Source: an uncultured Chloroflexia bacterium (GTDB taxonomy: Bacteria > Chloroflexota > Anaerolineae > Anaerolineales > UBA11858). From it: a DNA stretch of 64,000 nt. Shown in pieces: positions 28,931 through 38,940 of the stretch. The DNA is taken from positions 18,927 through 82,926 of the forward strand of contig CAWAOV010000002.1 of assembly GCA_963783765.1 (NCBI GenBank). Direction: 5' to 3'. How positions within the stretch are numbered: position 1 is the stretch's first letter; each line of letters starts with the position of its first letter. The position numbers and the translations under genes are program-made. The notes below the pieces were generated by a model. That model was not told where the DNA came from. It worked only from the letters and a program-made list of their open reading frames with translations, and did no database searches.

Positions 28931-30277
28931 ATGACAATCGCATCTTTAATCTTATTGATATTTGCTGTATTGATCTTCGCCGCAGGCGCTTCATTTGCAG
29001 TCCTCTCCTTAATAGAAAAGGAGAAAAAGGCTGCCCTCCGGGTTTCAATTATCACAATCCCCCTAACCGTGGTATTTTTGATGGCCCTCGTTTTTCCTGA
29101 AAACATCAAAAACTATATCAGTGGGATCTCAATCAGCATCCTTGTTTTTCTAGTGATACTCTTCTTCCTCCCAACCAGGTCAGAACAGGTGGAATCCAAT
29201 CAGCCCCTGGAACAGATAGATGAACGCGAGATTATCTTCGCCAGGGCAAGGTTGGAACCCGGTTCAGCCCGATATAAAGAGTATTATGGGAAATTTCCCG
29301 ATCAGAAAAAACCCGACGATGACTCCAGAAAACAACCTGGACTGCTTTCACCTGATGCCAGATATATGGACCGCTTTCACAGGGCTTCAGCAGAAGGAAG
29401 TTTTTATTTAACAGCATCCCTGCGCGAAGCAGTAAATGGTCCTATCGCAGCAGAACCTATCCAGTCCACACCAGAAGAATTGACCAAAACGGTGAAAAAA
29501 CTGGCCAATTATTATGGCGCCCTGGATTGCGGGATAACCGTCTTAAAACCTGCTCATATCTACTCTCATATTGGGCGCGGGACCGGAAAGTACGGGGATA
29601 AGATCACACTCAATCATGCCTATGCAATCGCCTTCACAGTTGAAATGGACTTTGAAATGACCGGGGCTGGACCATATGCACCTGTAGTGATGGAATCTGC
29701 CCGCCAATATGTGGAATCGGCCCGGGTATCGATCCAATTAGCCGCCGCTATCCGGGATATGGGATATCCTGCCCGGGCCCATATTGACGGCAACTACCGG
29801 GTGATTGCCCCTCTGGTTGCCAGGGACGCGGGCTTGGGAGAGATCGGCCGGATGGGATTATTGATGACCCCCCGCCAAGGTCCCCGGGTGCGGGTTGGCG
29901 TTGTCACCACGGAGATGCCCCTGATTGCCGCCAAATATCAAGGAGAACCAAGCGTCCTTGATTTTTGCCGGATCTGTAAAAAATGCGCCCGCAACTGCCC
30001 CAGCCAATCCATCCCCCATGGTGAGCGTGAGATCAGCAATGGTGTTCTGCGCTGGAAGATCAATCCCGAAACCTGCTACCACTACTGGACGATCGTCGGC
30101 ACTGACTGCGGCCGCTGCCTGGCTGTCTGCCCATATTCCCACCCTGATAATTTACTCCATAATCTGGTCCGCTGGGGAATTCAAAAATCAGGCAACTTCC
30201 GAAGGGCAGCTTTATACCTGGATGATTTCTTCTACGGGAAAAAACCAGGTTCGCGATTTATGTCCTTTTTACCCTGA
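28931..30277 (+). CDS. Membrane-anchored RdhA/QueG-superfamily 4Fe-4S protein (reductive-dehalogenase-like)
   Basis: Three N-terminal TM helices and no twin-arginine motif. Two ferredoxin motifs, CRICKKCARNCP and CGRCLAVCPYS. VKKLANYYGALDCGIT is as in the RdhA/QueG N-lobe. Confidence 0.55.
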   Translation: MTIASLILLIFAVLIFAAGASFAVLSLIEKEKKAALRVSIITIPLTVVFLMALVFPENIKNYISGISISILVFLVILFFLPTRSEQVESNQPLEQIDEREIIFARARLEPGSARYKEYYGKFPDQKKPDDDSRKQPGLLSPDARYMDRFHRASAEGSFYLTASLREAVNGPIAAEPIQSTPEELTKTVKKLANYYGALDCGITVLKPAHIYSHIGRGTGKYGDKITLNHAYAIAFTVEMDFEMTGAGPYAPVVMESARQYVESARVSIQLAAAIRDMGYPARAHIDGNYRVIAPLVARDAGLGEIGRMGLLMTPRQGPRVRVGVVTTEMPLIAAKYQGEPSVLDFCRICKKCARNCPSQSIPHGEREISNGVLRWKINPETCYHYWTIVGTDCGRCLAVCPYSHPDNLLHNLVRWGIQKSGNFRRAALYLDDFFYGKKPGSRFMSFLP

Positions 30278-30398
30278 TCCGTTGATCATCCATAATAAAA
30301 AGTTTTACCCCATCAACCCATTGTCGAAGTAAAATAAAGGAAAGTAAAATTCAATCTAACACAGGTAAAGGAATCTTAATAATTTAAGAGAGGTGTAC

Positions 30399-31757
30399 AT
30401 GGATCCCGTAATTTTATCTCGATGGCAGTTTGCAATGACTACCATATTCCATTTCTTCTTCGTCCCGGTTACGTTGGGATTGTCACTTTTCCTGGCGATC
30501 CTGGAAACAAAATACGTTACCAGTGGAGAAGAGATCTATAAAAAAATGACCAAGTTCTGGGGAAAGATCTTCCTGATCAACTTCGCCATCGGCGTTGTCA
30601 CCGGAATTGTTCAGGAATTCCATTTTGGACTCAACTGGTCTGAATATGCCCGTTTTATGGGGGATGTATTTGGTGCCCCCTTGGCCATTGAAGGGTTAAT
30701 GGCTTTTTTCCTGGAATCCACCTTCATCGGTGTCTGGATCTTCGGATGGGATAAACTTTCAAAAAAGGCTCATGCTGCTGTAGCATGGTTGGTGGCGATC
30801 GGCGGCAACTTGTCCGCCCTTTGGATACTGGTCGCCAACTCCTTTATGCAAAACCCGGTTGGATATGCCATCCGCAACGGCCGCGCAGAAATGACTGATT
30901 TCTGGGCTTTACTTGGCAACGGCAATGTCTGGCATCAGTTCCCCCATGTGATCACAGCTGGCATCACTATCGCTGGCTTCTTGATCATGGCTTTCAGCGC
31001 CTGGCACCTTCTACAAGCCAAGACCGAGAATAAAGAATTCTTCAAGCTATCATTCAAACGGGCAGCCACCTACGCTCTGATCGGCGCAGTCCTGGTTGGT
31101 GTGATCGGTCATGCCCAGGGACAATATCTGGCAAAAAGGCAGCCTTTAAAAGTAGCCGCCATGGAAGGCCACTGGGAAACAGAACAACCTGCTTCCTTTT
31201 CAGTGATAGGTATTGTTAACCAGGAAAAAATGGAGAACACCTGGGAAATCAAAGTGCCTAAATTCCTTTCCCTGATGTTATTCAACGACTTGACTTCGGA
31301 ATTCAAAGGGCTCAAGGAACTGCAAGCAGAAGAGGTGGCCAAATACGGTCCAGGTAACTATATCCCGCCTGTGGTGATCAGCTATTGGTCATCCAGGACC
31401 ATGATCGGCATCGGTCTATTAATGGTCCTGTTAGCCAGCCTGGCGGTTTGGTGGTCCCAGAAAGATAAACTCGATAATGTAAAGTGGTTCCTTAAGATCC
31501 TCATCCCTGCAGGACTCCTGCCCACGATAGCCAGCACTGCCGGTTGGCTGATAGCTGAAACAGGCCGCTGGCCCTGGATCGTACATGGGCTGCAGAAAAT
31601 CGAAGATGCAGTATCCCCTACCATCACTCCGGGAAATATCATCTTTTCCCTGATCAGTTTCCTGGTTCTTTACACAACCCTGGGAATTGTTGGTATTTCT
31701 TTGATGCTTAAATTTGGCAAGAGTGATCCCGCAGCCGCGGAAGGAAAAGGAGAATAA
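30399..31757 (+). CDS. cydA: Cytochrome bd oxidase subunit I
   Basis: [20 protein letters not shown]-loop, [12 protein letters not shown]. The ORF track starts at GTG 30393. Confidence 0.9.
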   Translation: MDPVILSRWQFAMTTIFHFFFVPVTLGLSLFLAILETKYVTSGEEIYKKMTKFWGKIFLINFAIGVVTGIVQEFHFGLNWSEYARFMGDVFGAPLAIEGLMAFFLESTFIGVWIFGWDKLSKKAHAAVAWLVAIGGNLSALWILVANSFMQNPVGYAIRNGRAEMTDFWALLGNGNVWHQFPHVITAGITIAGFLIMAFSAWHLLQAKTENKEFFKLSFKRAATYALIGAVLVGVIGHAQGQYLAKRQPLKVAAMEGHWETEQPASFSVIGIVNQEKMENTWEIKVPKFLSLMLFNDLTSEFKGLKELQAEEVAKYGPGNYIPPVVISYWSSRTMIGIGLLMVLLASLAVWWSQKDKLDNVKWFLKILIPAGLLPTIASTAGWLIAETGRWPWIVHGLQKIEDAVSPTITPGNIIFSLISFLVLYTTLGIVGISLMLKFGKSDPAAAEGKGE

Positions 31758-31759
31758 TC

Positions 31760-32776
31760 ATGGATCTCAATATACTCTGGTTCATTCTATTGACTGTGCT
31801 GTTCAGCGGATTTTTCTTCCTGGAAGGATTTGACTATGGCGTCGGCATCCTGCTGCCTTTTGTGGCAAAAACAGATAATGAACGCCGGGCTGTCATCAAC
31901 ACCATCGGTCCGGTTTGGGATGGAAATGAAGTCTGGATGATCACAGCTGGCGGGGCCATGTTCGCGGCCTTCCCGCATATGTACGCCACACTTTTCAGCG
32001 GTTTTTATGTGGCGCTGGTATTTATGCTGTTCGGTTTGATCATCCGAGGAGTAGCCTTTGAGTTTCGGAGCAAACGGGAGGATCCCAGATGGCGGTCCCT
32101 CTGGGATTGGGCGATTTATTACGGCAGCCTTTTACCAGCCTTACTCTGGGGTGTGGCCATAGCCAACCTGATGCGCGGTGTGGCAATCGAAGGGGATTTG
32201 AACTATTACGGCGGATTGGTTCCCCTATTGAATCCTTACTCCATGTTTGGCGGAGTGGTTTTCCTGGGTCTTTTCACCATTCACGGTGCCAGCTTTCTGG
32301 GCATTAAATTGGAAGGCGACTTAAAAGATCGAGTCAAGGCCTTAGCGAGCAAAATCTGGATCGTTGTTGTAGTCCTGGCTGTGTTATTCCTGGTCTGGAC
32401 CTACTTTGCTACCGATATCCTAAATAATCCCGGATATGACGGTTTGATCCCGGCTATCCTGGCCGCAGTGGCCCTGCTGGCCTACGGCTGGTTCCAGCGC
32501 CAGGGCAAAGAGGGATGGACCTTCATATTCGGAGGTCTGGTGATCATCTTTGCTACGGTGATGGTCTTTTCCGGCCTCTTCCCCCGTCTGATGATCTCCA
32601 CCCTGGATCCGGCTTACAGCCTGACAATCTACAACGCCTCCTCCAGTCCCTATACACTGAAGGTAATAACCATCGTGGCGGCAATATTTTTGCCGATTGT
32701 ACTGGCCTACCAGGGATGGACCTACTGGATCTTCCGCAAACGCCTGAGTCCGGACAGTCCGGACCTGCATTACTAA
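31760..32776 (+). CDS. cydB: Cytochrome bd oxidase subunit II
   Basis: LEGFDYGVGIL, GPVWDGNEVW. Confidence 0.9.
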   Translation: MDLNILWFILLTVLFSGFFFLEGFDYGVGILLPFVAKTDNERRAVINTIGPVWDGNEVWMITAGGAMFAAFPHMYATLFSGFYVALVFMLFGLIIRGVAFEFRSKREDPRWRSLWDWAIYYGSLLPALLWGVAIANLMRGVAIEGDLNYYGGLVPLLNPYSMFGGVVFLGLFTIHGASFLGIKLEGDLKDRVKALASKIWIVVVVLAVLFLVWTYFATDILNNPGYDGLIPAILAAVALLAYGWFQRQGKEGWTFIFGGLVIIFATVMVFSGLFPRLMISTLDPAYSLTIYNASSSPYTLKVITIVAAIFLPIVLAYQGWTYWIFRKRLSPDSPDLHY

Positions 32777-32779
32777 ACT

Positions 32780-32812
32780 AAAAAGAGGTTGGCAATCGCC
32801 AACCTCTTTTTT
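32780..32812. terminator. Bidirectional terminator between cydB and adk
   Basis: A5-AGAGGTTGGC-loop-GCCAACCTCT-T6. Confidence 0.75.
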
Positions 32813-32830
32813 AGTTAATATCCAGTCTGC

Positions 32831-33493
32831 CTATAACCTGGCAATCAGTGCCCCAATATCCCTGGCAACATCATCAATCTGTTGATCACCGTTAACTTCT
32901 TCAAGAATCCCACGAGCACGGTAAAACTCGATCAAAGGACTGGTCTGGTCTTGATAGACAGACAATCGCTGGCGGACAGTTTGGGCTTTATCGTCCTCGC
33001 GTTGATAGAGCTCTCCCCCGTCTACATCACAGATGCCATCTTTTTGCGGCGGATTGAATTTCAGATGATAGGACTGGCCGCAGGAGCGGCAGATCCGCCT
33101 GCCGCTGGCTCGCTCGACAAGGGAGTCGATCGGTACGGCCACAGAGATCACAGTTGAAAGGGCTGCCCCCAATTCATCCAGAATCCCATCCAGTGCTTCC
33201 GCCTGGGGTTTGGTCCGAGGAAATCCATCTAACAAAGCGCCAGATTGGCAGTCAGGCCTTTGTAATCTATCGGCTACCATGCCAATGGTGACCTGATCGG
33301 GAACCAAATCCCCCCGGTCAATATACATTTTTGCTTCCAGGCCCAGTTTGGTCTGATTTTTAATATTTTCCCTGAACAGGTCGCCGGAAGATATCTGGGG
33401 GATGCCAAGCTTTTCAGTCAATCGGGCTGCCTGGGTGCCTTTACCGGACATGGGGGGACCTAACAAGATCAGGTAAGCTGGGTTTTCTGACAT
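32831..33493 (-). CDS. adk: Adenylate kinase
   Basis: GPPMSGKGTQA P-loop; LID with CRSCGQSYH...CDVDGGEL. Confidence 0.95.
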   Translation of the reverse strand: MSENPAYLILLGPPMSGKGTQAARLTEKLGIPQISSGDLFRENIKNQTKLGLEAKMYIDRGDLVPDQVTIGMVADRLQRPDCQSGALLDGFPRTKPQAEALDGILDELGAALSTVISVAVPIDSLVERASGRRICRSCGQSYHLKFNPPQKDGICDVDGGELYQREDDKAQTVRQRLSVYQDQTSPLIEFYRARGILEEVNGDQQIDDVARDIGALIARL

Positions 33494-33582
33494 TCTTTAT
33501 ACTCCTGCATTGGGGATGGATATGAAAAAAGTATAGCACGTTTCAAGTGAGGTGTTATTCCTTATTAGGGAATGATTTAGGT

Positions 33583-33641
33583 GAGATTGCTTCGTCCCCT
33601 TCGACTACAACTGGGTTTCCGCTCAGGGTGCTCGCAATGAC
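33583..33641 (-). repeat. GTCATTGCGAG...ACGAAGCAATC element, copy A (long spacer)
   Basis: Minus strand reads GTCATTGCGAGcaccctgagcggaaacccagttgtagtcgaaggggACGAAGCAATCTC. Confidence 0.6.
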
Positions 33642-33755
33642 AAGAAGGATGGTCTTCTGTCCCCGGTCTCCGGTCCGAAGCGTCGCTTGCTTGTTAACCC
33701 CCGCCTACTAAAGAGGGTTGTGTTACCATAATGAAGAGCTGCTCAGGATAAGCCC

Positions 33756-34457
33756 ATGTTCCCAAATCCAAGACTATTAAACCTGGCAAAAAAAAGCCGC
33801 CCCTGGTTGATCTTAACTATCAGCCTGGGGGTTTTTTCCGGCCTGCTGACCATTTTCCAGGCCCGGGCTGTCAGTCAGATCGTGAGCCGGGTTTTCCTGG
33901 ATTCAGAAAGCCTGGTCGATGTGAAGGGGCTGCTTCAGCTTACTCTGGTTCTATTCACCCTGCGGGCAGTGCTGGCCTGGGGCAGCAGCCTCAGCGGCAA
34001 AACTATTGCCGTTCAGGTTAAGAGCCGGGTCCGAAAACTGCTTTTGAATAAACTGGAAGAATTAGGCCCAGCCTATTTACAGGGAGAACAAAGTGGGGAA
34101 GTCAGCAACACAGTGGTTGAGGGGGTTGAAGCGCTGGATGCCTATTTCAGCCAGTATCTGCCCCAGCTGGTCTTATCTGCCCTTGTTCCGCTTACTATTC
34201 TGATCTTTGTCTTCCCCATGGACCTGCTCTCAGGATTTGTGATGCTGCTGACTGCACCGCTGATCCCTTATTTTATGTCCCTGATCGGCAGCCGGGCTAA
34301 AGCTATCACTGACCAACAATACAACACACTCAGCCGGCTTGCTGCGAGTTTTTTAGACAACCTGAACGGATTAACAACTTTAAACTCTTTAACCAGGCCA
34401 AAGCCCAAACTGAGAAGATCCGCCAAACCAGTGACCAGTATCGAAAAACAACCATGA
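33756..34457 (+). CDS. cydD: Thiol-reductant ABC exporter CydD, N-terminal fragment
   Basis: CydD-type TMD. The tail after LNGLTTL (NSLTRPKPKLRRSAKPV...) is out of frame. Confidence 0.75.
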   Translation: MFPNPRLLNLAKKSRPWLILTISLGVFSGLLTIFQARAVSQIVSRVFLDSESLVDVKGLLQLTLVLFTLRAVLAWGSSLSGKTIAVQVKSRVRKLLLNKLEELGPAYLQGEQSGEVSNTVVEGVEALDAYFSQYLPQLVLSALVPLTILIFVFPMDLLSGFVMLLTAPLIPYFMSLIGSRAKAITDQQYNTLSRLAASFLDNLNGLTTLNSLTRPKPKLRRSAKPVTSIEKQP

Positions 34458-35836
34458 AAGTTCTCCAGGTGACCTTTTTATCCGCCCTGGTCCTGGAGCT
34501 GCTGGCCACGCTCAGCACCGCAGTGGTGGCAGTGCAAATCGGACTGCGTCTATTATATTTTCAGGTCTCGCTGGAACAGGCTCTATTTTTATTGATCATT
34601 GCGCCTGAATTTTATATCCCCTTGCGGCTTTTAGGACTGCGTTTTCATGCCGGGATGGAAGGACAGAGCGCCGCAGAGCGCATCTTCCAGATCCTGGAAA
34701 GTGAACCCCTCTCAAAACAGACTGATAATCAAGATCTACAAAAGACATCTTTTGACGAAGTGCAAGAATTAACCTTCAAGGATGTCAGTTTCAGCTACCC
34801 TGGAGGCCGGGGAATTGCCATTAATGGGGTCTCATTCCAGATCAAGCGTGGTGAGCAGATTGCCCTGGTGGGCGCCAGCGGAGCTGGAAAAAGCACCCTG
34901 GCCAGCCTGCTGATGGGATTCTTTCCCCCCGGCGCAGGTGAGATTTTCATCAATGACATCAAATTGGACAACCTGGATCTGGAGGTATGGCGGGAGAGGA
35001 TCGCCTGGGTGCCCCAGAAACCGTCGCTGTTCCAGGGCACGATCGCTGCCAACATCCGCCTGGCCCGACCGGACGCGAGCGACAGCGCTGTGGCCGCAGC
35101 GGCTTCCGCTGCCCACCTGGCCGATTTTATCGAGAGTCTGCCGGAGGGCTACCAGACCCAAATCGGCGAAGGTGGGGCCCGCCTTTCCGGCGGGCAGGCC
35201 CAGCGCCTCGCCCTGGCACGGGCTTTCCTGAAGGATGCGCCGCTCTTGATCCTGGACGAACCCACTTCGCAGCTTGACCCGGTCACTGAATCCCAGCTGG
35301 CGGATGCCACCCGGGCCCTGATGGCGGGGCGGACCGTGATCACTATCGCCCACCGCCTGAACACTGTATTCCAGGCGGACAGGATCCTGGTGCTTCAAGC
35401 GGGAGAGATCATCGAATCTGGCACTCACAAAGAATTATTGGCCAAAGGTGAATCTTACCGTGAACTGGTGCAGGCCTATACTGGCTTCCAGAATATCCAT
35501 AATCTTGGGAATGCTGGCGATCAATGGATTAGACAGCGGATATGCTCCCCCGTCCTCAGTCTCCGGTCCTCCGATCGTAAATCAACCACCAGCTCTTCCA
35601 GAAAAAGAAAGCGCAGTATTCCTGCGTTTATTATCTTTCTTCAAACCCCATATCCGGGAAGTACTTGCCTCTGTTATGCTCGGAACCCTCACTATCGGGT
35701 CCAGTGTTGCTTTGATGGGCGCTTCTGCCTGGATCATTGCCATGGCAGCCTTACATCCCAATGTGGCTGTACTTCAGGTTGCCATTGTCGGCGTGCGTTT
35801 CTTTGGCATCTCCCGGGGAGTAAGCCGTTATTTTGA
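34454..35836 (+). CDS. cydD: CydD, C-terminal fragment (TM5-6 plus NBD); frame stays open past the expected stop
   Basis: The frame is open from about 34373 and reads KLFNQAKAQTEKIRQTSDQYRKTTMKVLQVTFLSALVLE. NBD motifs GASGAGKST, LSGGQAQRLALARA, LILDEPTS, TIAHRL. After ...YRELVQAY the sequence looks non-protein-like. Confidence 0.7.
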   Translation: MKVLQVTFLSALVLELLATLSTAVVAVQIGLRLLYFQVSLEQALFLLIIAPEFYIPLRLLGLRFHAGMEGQSAAERIFQILESEPLSKQTDNQDLQKTSFDEVQELTFKDVSFSYPGGRGIAINGVSFQIKRGEQIALVGASGAGKSTLASLLMGFFPPGAGEIFINDIKLDNLDLEVWRERIAWVPQKPSLFQGTIAANIRLARPDASDSAVAAAASAAHLADFIESLPEGYQTQIGEGGARLSGGQAQRLALARAFLKDAPLLILDEPTSQLDPVTESQLADATRALMAGRTVITIAHRLNTVFQADRILVLQAGEIIESGTHKELLAKGESYRELVQAYTGFQNIHNLGNAGDQWIRQRICSPVLSLRSSDRKSTTSSSRKRKRSIPAFIIFLQTPYPGSTCLCYARNPHYRVQCCFDGRFCLDHCHGSLTSQCGCTSGCHCRRAFLWHLPGSKPLF

Positions 35837-36545
35837 ACGGCTGGTTTCCCATAACCTGACATTTAAGATCCTGGGCCGGCTGCGGGTCTGGTTTTATGAG
35901 TCCCTTGTACCTTTGGCGCCAGCCAGGATCATGGCATTTCGTTCCGGTGATCTGCTGAGCCGGATCATCTCGGATATCAAAACCCTGGAAGATTTTTATA
36001 TCCGCTCTATTGCGCCGCCTTTTGTGGCCTGTTTGATCGGTCTGGGAACGGGGGCATTTTTATACTCATATCAGCCAATTCTGGGCCTGGTTCTGGGAGG
36101 GCTGTTCCTGGTCAGCGGGTTGATCATTCCCATCCTGGTCCGCTGGCTGGCACAGGAACCCGGGCGGATCCTGATCCAGGAAAGAAGCAGGCTCTCCGAA
36201 AATTTACTGGACTTTATAGGCGGCCTGCCTGATCTGCTGATCTTTGGCCAAACAGCAGAAAAGCGAAACCAGATCCAGGACCTGGACCGGAGCTACCTTA
36301 ACTATCAGCTGCGCTTAGCCCGCATCAGCGGACTGAATGCAGGTTTGTTGATCTTCTTCAGCAATCTGGGCCTGTGGTTGGTATTGGTTCTGGCGATCCC
36401 GCTGGTCCGATCCGGGGAAATCCCCGGCGTAGTACTGGCTGCCCTGGCATTGATTACCTTAAGCGCTTTTGAAGCAGTTCAACCCCTACCCCAGGCAATG
36501 GAAACGCTCTCCAGTTCCCTGGTTTCCGGGGCTCGACTATCTTGA
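35448..36545 (+). CDS. cydC: CydC, transmembrane-domain fragment
   Basis: FLRLLSFFKPHIREVLASVMLGTLTIGSSVALMGASAW..., six TM helices. The real start is unclear (candidate ATG at 35511). Ends out of frame at GARLS*. Confidence 0.7.
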   Translation: MNLTVNWCRPILASRISIILGMLAINGLDSGYAPPSSVSGPPIVNQPPALPEKESAVFLRLLSFFKPHIREVLASVMLGTLTIGSSVALMGASAWIIAMAALHPNVAVLQVAIVGVRFFGISRGVSRYFERLVSHNLTFKILGRLRVWFYESLVPLAPARIMAFRSGDLLSRIISDIKTLEDFYIRSIAPPFVACLIGLGTGAFLYSYQPILGLVLGGLFLVSGLIIPILVRWLAQEPGRILIQERSRLSENLLDFIGGLPDLLIFGQTAEKRNQIQDLDRSYLNYQLRLARISGLNAGLLIFFSNLGLWLVLVLAIPLVRSGEIPGVVLAALALITLSAFEAVQPLPQAMETLSSSLVSGARLS

Positions 36546-37351
36546 GGTACTGGATGCCGAGCCGGCTGTTGTTGATCCGGAAATCCCTTCCCTTTTTCCC
36601 GCTGATAGTTCCATCCATGCTCAAGGACCTGACTTTCAGGTATCCCGCCTCAAACTCGATTGTGCTGGATAAGATCAATTTTGAGCTCCAGGAAGGAAAA
36701 ACCTTCGCAATTGTAGGCCCCAGCGGGAGCGGTAAAACCACCCTGGGCAATTTGCTGCTCCGTTTCTGGGGAGATTATCAAGGGGAAATTTCCCTCGGCA
36801 CTGGTCAGATTGCCCTGGAGTCCCTCACCCAGGATGAGATCCGCCAGCATTTCAGCGTCATCTCCCAGGCAGGATATTTATTCCAGGATACGATCCAAAA
36901 TAATATCGCCCTGGGAAAGCCCGGTGCCAGCCGGGATCAGATTGTCCAGGCCGGTAAAACAGCCCGGATCCATGAGCTGATTAACAGCCTGCCGGAAGGA
37001 TATAACACCTCCATCGGGGAACAGGGCCGGGATTTCAGCGCCGGCGAAGCCCAAAGGATTAACATCGCCCGGGCAGTCTTAAAAGATGCGCCGCTATTTT
37101 TGCTGGATGAACCCACTGCCAACCTGGACCCCGTGACAGAAAAAGCCATTTTGGAAACCTTGTTTTATATCCTGGAAAACAAGACTGCCATTTTGATCAC
37201 TCACCGCCTGGTCGGGCTGGAAAACGTGGATCAGATCCTGGTCCTGGCTGGTGGAAAGATCATCGAGCGGGGATCTGAAAAAGAACTCCTGGCACTGGAT
37301 GGTTTTTACCGCCGGATGTGGGCAGCCCAAAACCGGATCCTGTCTTATTGA
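36542..37351 (+). CDS. cydC: CydC, nucleotide-binding-domain fragment
   Basis: Homologous from about 36626: DLTFRYPAS..., GPSGSGKTT, FSAGEAQRINIARA, LLDEPTANLD, ITHRL. Confidence 0.75.
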   Translation: MRYWMPSRLLLIRKSLPFFPLIVPSMLKDLTFRYPASNSIVLDKINFELQEGKTFAIVGPSGSGKTTLGNLLLRFWGDYQGEISLGTGQIALESLTQDEIRQHFSVISQAGYLFQDTIQNNIALGKPGASRDQIVQAGKTARIHELINSLPEGYNTSIGEQGRDFSAGEAQRINIARAVLKDAPLFLLDEPTANLDPVTEKAILETLFYILENKTAILITHRLVGLENVDQILVLAGGKIIERGSEKELLALDGFYRRMWAAQNRILSY

Positions 37352-37506
37352 TCCCTTCCTGATCGAAATAACTTTCAATCCTGTCAATCCTGAAATTTTA
37401 TACAACTTTCCTGTAAAATTGACGTATAGTAACATCCTGTCGCTTGATAACAGGATGCCAATCAGTCCCTACCCCGGAATTGATAATCCCTGAGGAGGTT
37501 CCTTTT

Positions 37507-38220
37507 ATGAGCATTTTACCGATATCCCTGGTTCTCCTGGTAATCCTGCTATTCGCTGCCCTGCTTCTACTGGCGATCAGAGCTTCCCAAAGGCAGATAG
37601 CCGAGAAAACCCACCAGGCACTGACCCTTGGCTATGATGAAGTGACTTCCCGCCCCTCTCAATTGATCAGTCGAGTTGAATCCCTTTACAAAAGAAGGGA
37701 GAATCAGGGTATTCATATTGACCAGGTCTATTCAAAACGGGATTGGGACCAGGAATTTTTCATTTTTGATGCCCAGGATTCTTCCGAAGACGACAACGAA
37801 ATGGGGTCTGAGATATTTGGTGTGATCACCGACCAGCTGTCACTGCCGCAGTTCTCTTTGACTACCTTACCCGGATTTAACAGTGACACACTGATCGGGG
37901 GGTTGATGGAAAAGCTGCTGGATAAAGTGCTTGATGTGGCAGGGAAATATCAAGGTTTGAGCCGGATCGAATTCCCCGAGCGGCCCGAAATCAATGACCA
38001 GATCATCGTCTTTGGAAAAGACCAGGGGGCTGTCCGGGAGCTGATAGGCAGGATACCCATCAGCTCGCTTATCACTGGTAAATCACCACTCCATATCGCC
38101 GGGTTGGACGATTTCTTAACGGTTGATTTTAGCCAGATGGGGTCTTTTCAAGACCCGGAGAACGATCTGATCGCCCAGCACCAGGAGTTTATCCGGATCC
38201 TGGGCTACTTCAAAAAATAA
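37507..38220 (+). CDS. Hypothetical protein with single N-terminal TM helix
   Basis: Start chosen at MSILPISLVLLVILLFAALLLLAI; the ORF opens at 37444. No recognised domain. Confidence 0.4.
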   Translation: MSILPISLVLLVILLFAALLLLAIRASQRQIAEKTHQALTLGYDEVTSRPSQLISRVESLYKRRENQGIHIDQVYSKRDWDQEFFIFDAQDSSEDDNEMGSEIFGVITDQLSLPQFSLTTLPGFNSDTLIGGLMEKLLDKVLDVAGKYQGLSRIEFPERPEINDQIIVFGKDQGAVRELIGRIPISSLITGKSPLHIAGLDDFLTVDFSQMGSFQDPENDLIAQHQEFIRILGYFKK

Positions 38221-38285
38221 CACCCTGAACCATGGTTTGAACCACACAGGCAGACACAGGTTATGAAGAAGAAAAGGAGAAAAAA

Positions 38286-38699
38286 ATGATCAAAAAGAAA
38301 AGAACTACTTATCTCATCCTCGCCATCCTGGCCTTAACGCTGGCCGCGCTGGCCTGCAGTGGAGGATACAGCACGACCTCTAAGATCAGCGGCAATTCCG
38401 GAGAAGTCCGGATCAAGACCAATGAAGCAGACGGCACGGATTCCACCAGCGTTGAACTGAATGAGGACTGGATGCGGGAACGTGTCGGGGTGACTGCCAC
38501 CTTAACCGTCGAAGCCGGCAGCTGCCAGGCTGACCTGGTTGGAGAGAACGGTACAGTCCTGTCCCTGAATGCCTCCGCGGGGAATCCCGCTCAGGCCTCA
38601 GGAGATCTGGTGACAGATAGTTTTGGAGAAGTGGAATTTGAGACCAACTGCCAGGGGGTCCAGAACCTGGAATTGCTGATCACATTCACCCTTAAATAA
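38286..38699 (+). CDS. Small hypothetical lipoprotein
   Basis: Lipobox LAALACSGG; 137 aa beta-rich body with two Cys. Confidence 0.45.
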   Translation: MIKKKRTTYLILAILALTLAALACSGGYSTTSKISGNSGEVRIKTNEADGTDSTSVELNEDWMRERVGVTATLTVEAGSCQADLVGENGTVLSLNASAGNPAQASGDLVTDSFGEVEFETNCQGVQNLELLITFTLK

Positions 38700-38720
38700 T
38701 GTTTTTTTTGATCCACCTGC

Positions 38721-38756
38721 CCTGCAGCGCTGAAACCTGCAGGGTTATTTTTTTAA
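38721..38756 (+). terminator. Intrinsic terminator
   Basis: CCCTGCAG-loop-CTGCAGGG followed by TTATTTTTTT. Confidence 0.7.
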
Positions 38757-38940
38757 TAACAATGCCTAACCGGTGGTTATTTGGCAGGTTTTGGATCTGA
38801 TCCGGGTCAAAATCAGCTTTCGAAAGCATCTTCGATGGACTAATTTCTGCATCCACATTTAATGGAAATCTTATAATAAGGCCTTGCCTGTAATGTTACA
38901 ATGGTAATGTTAGGCTAAGTTCAAGCCAAAAGGAGAAAGC

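Noticed and set aside
34795-35428. Several 70-200-aa ORFs on both strands inside cydD
   Set aside because: These are GC-rich shadow ORFs rich in Arg/Pro/Gly. The cydD NBD motifs unambiguously define the real frame.
35448-35600. GTG/ATG at 35448 as the true cydC start
   Set aside because: The first ~20 codons (MNLTVNWCRPILASRISII) overlap the cydD NBD C-terminus in another frame and look non-native. A start at 35511 or a cydD-cydC fusion is more plausible, but this remains unresolved.
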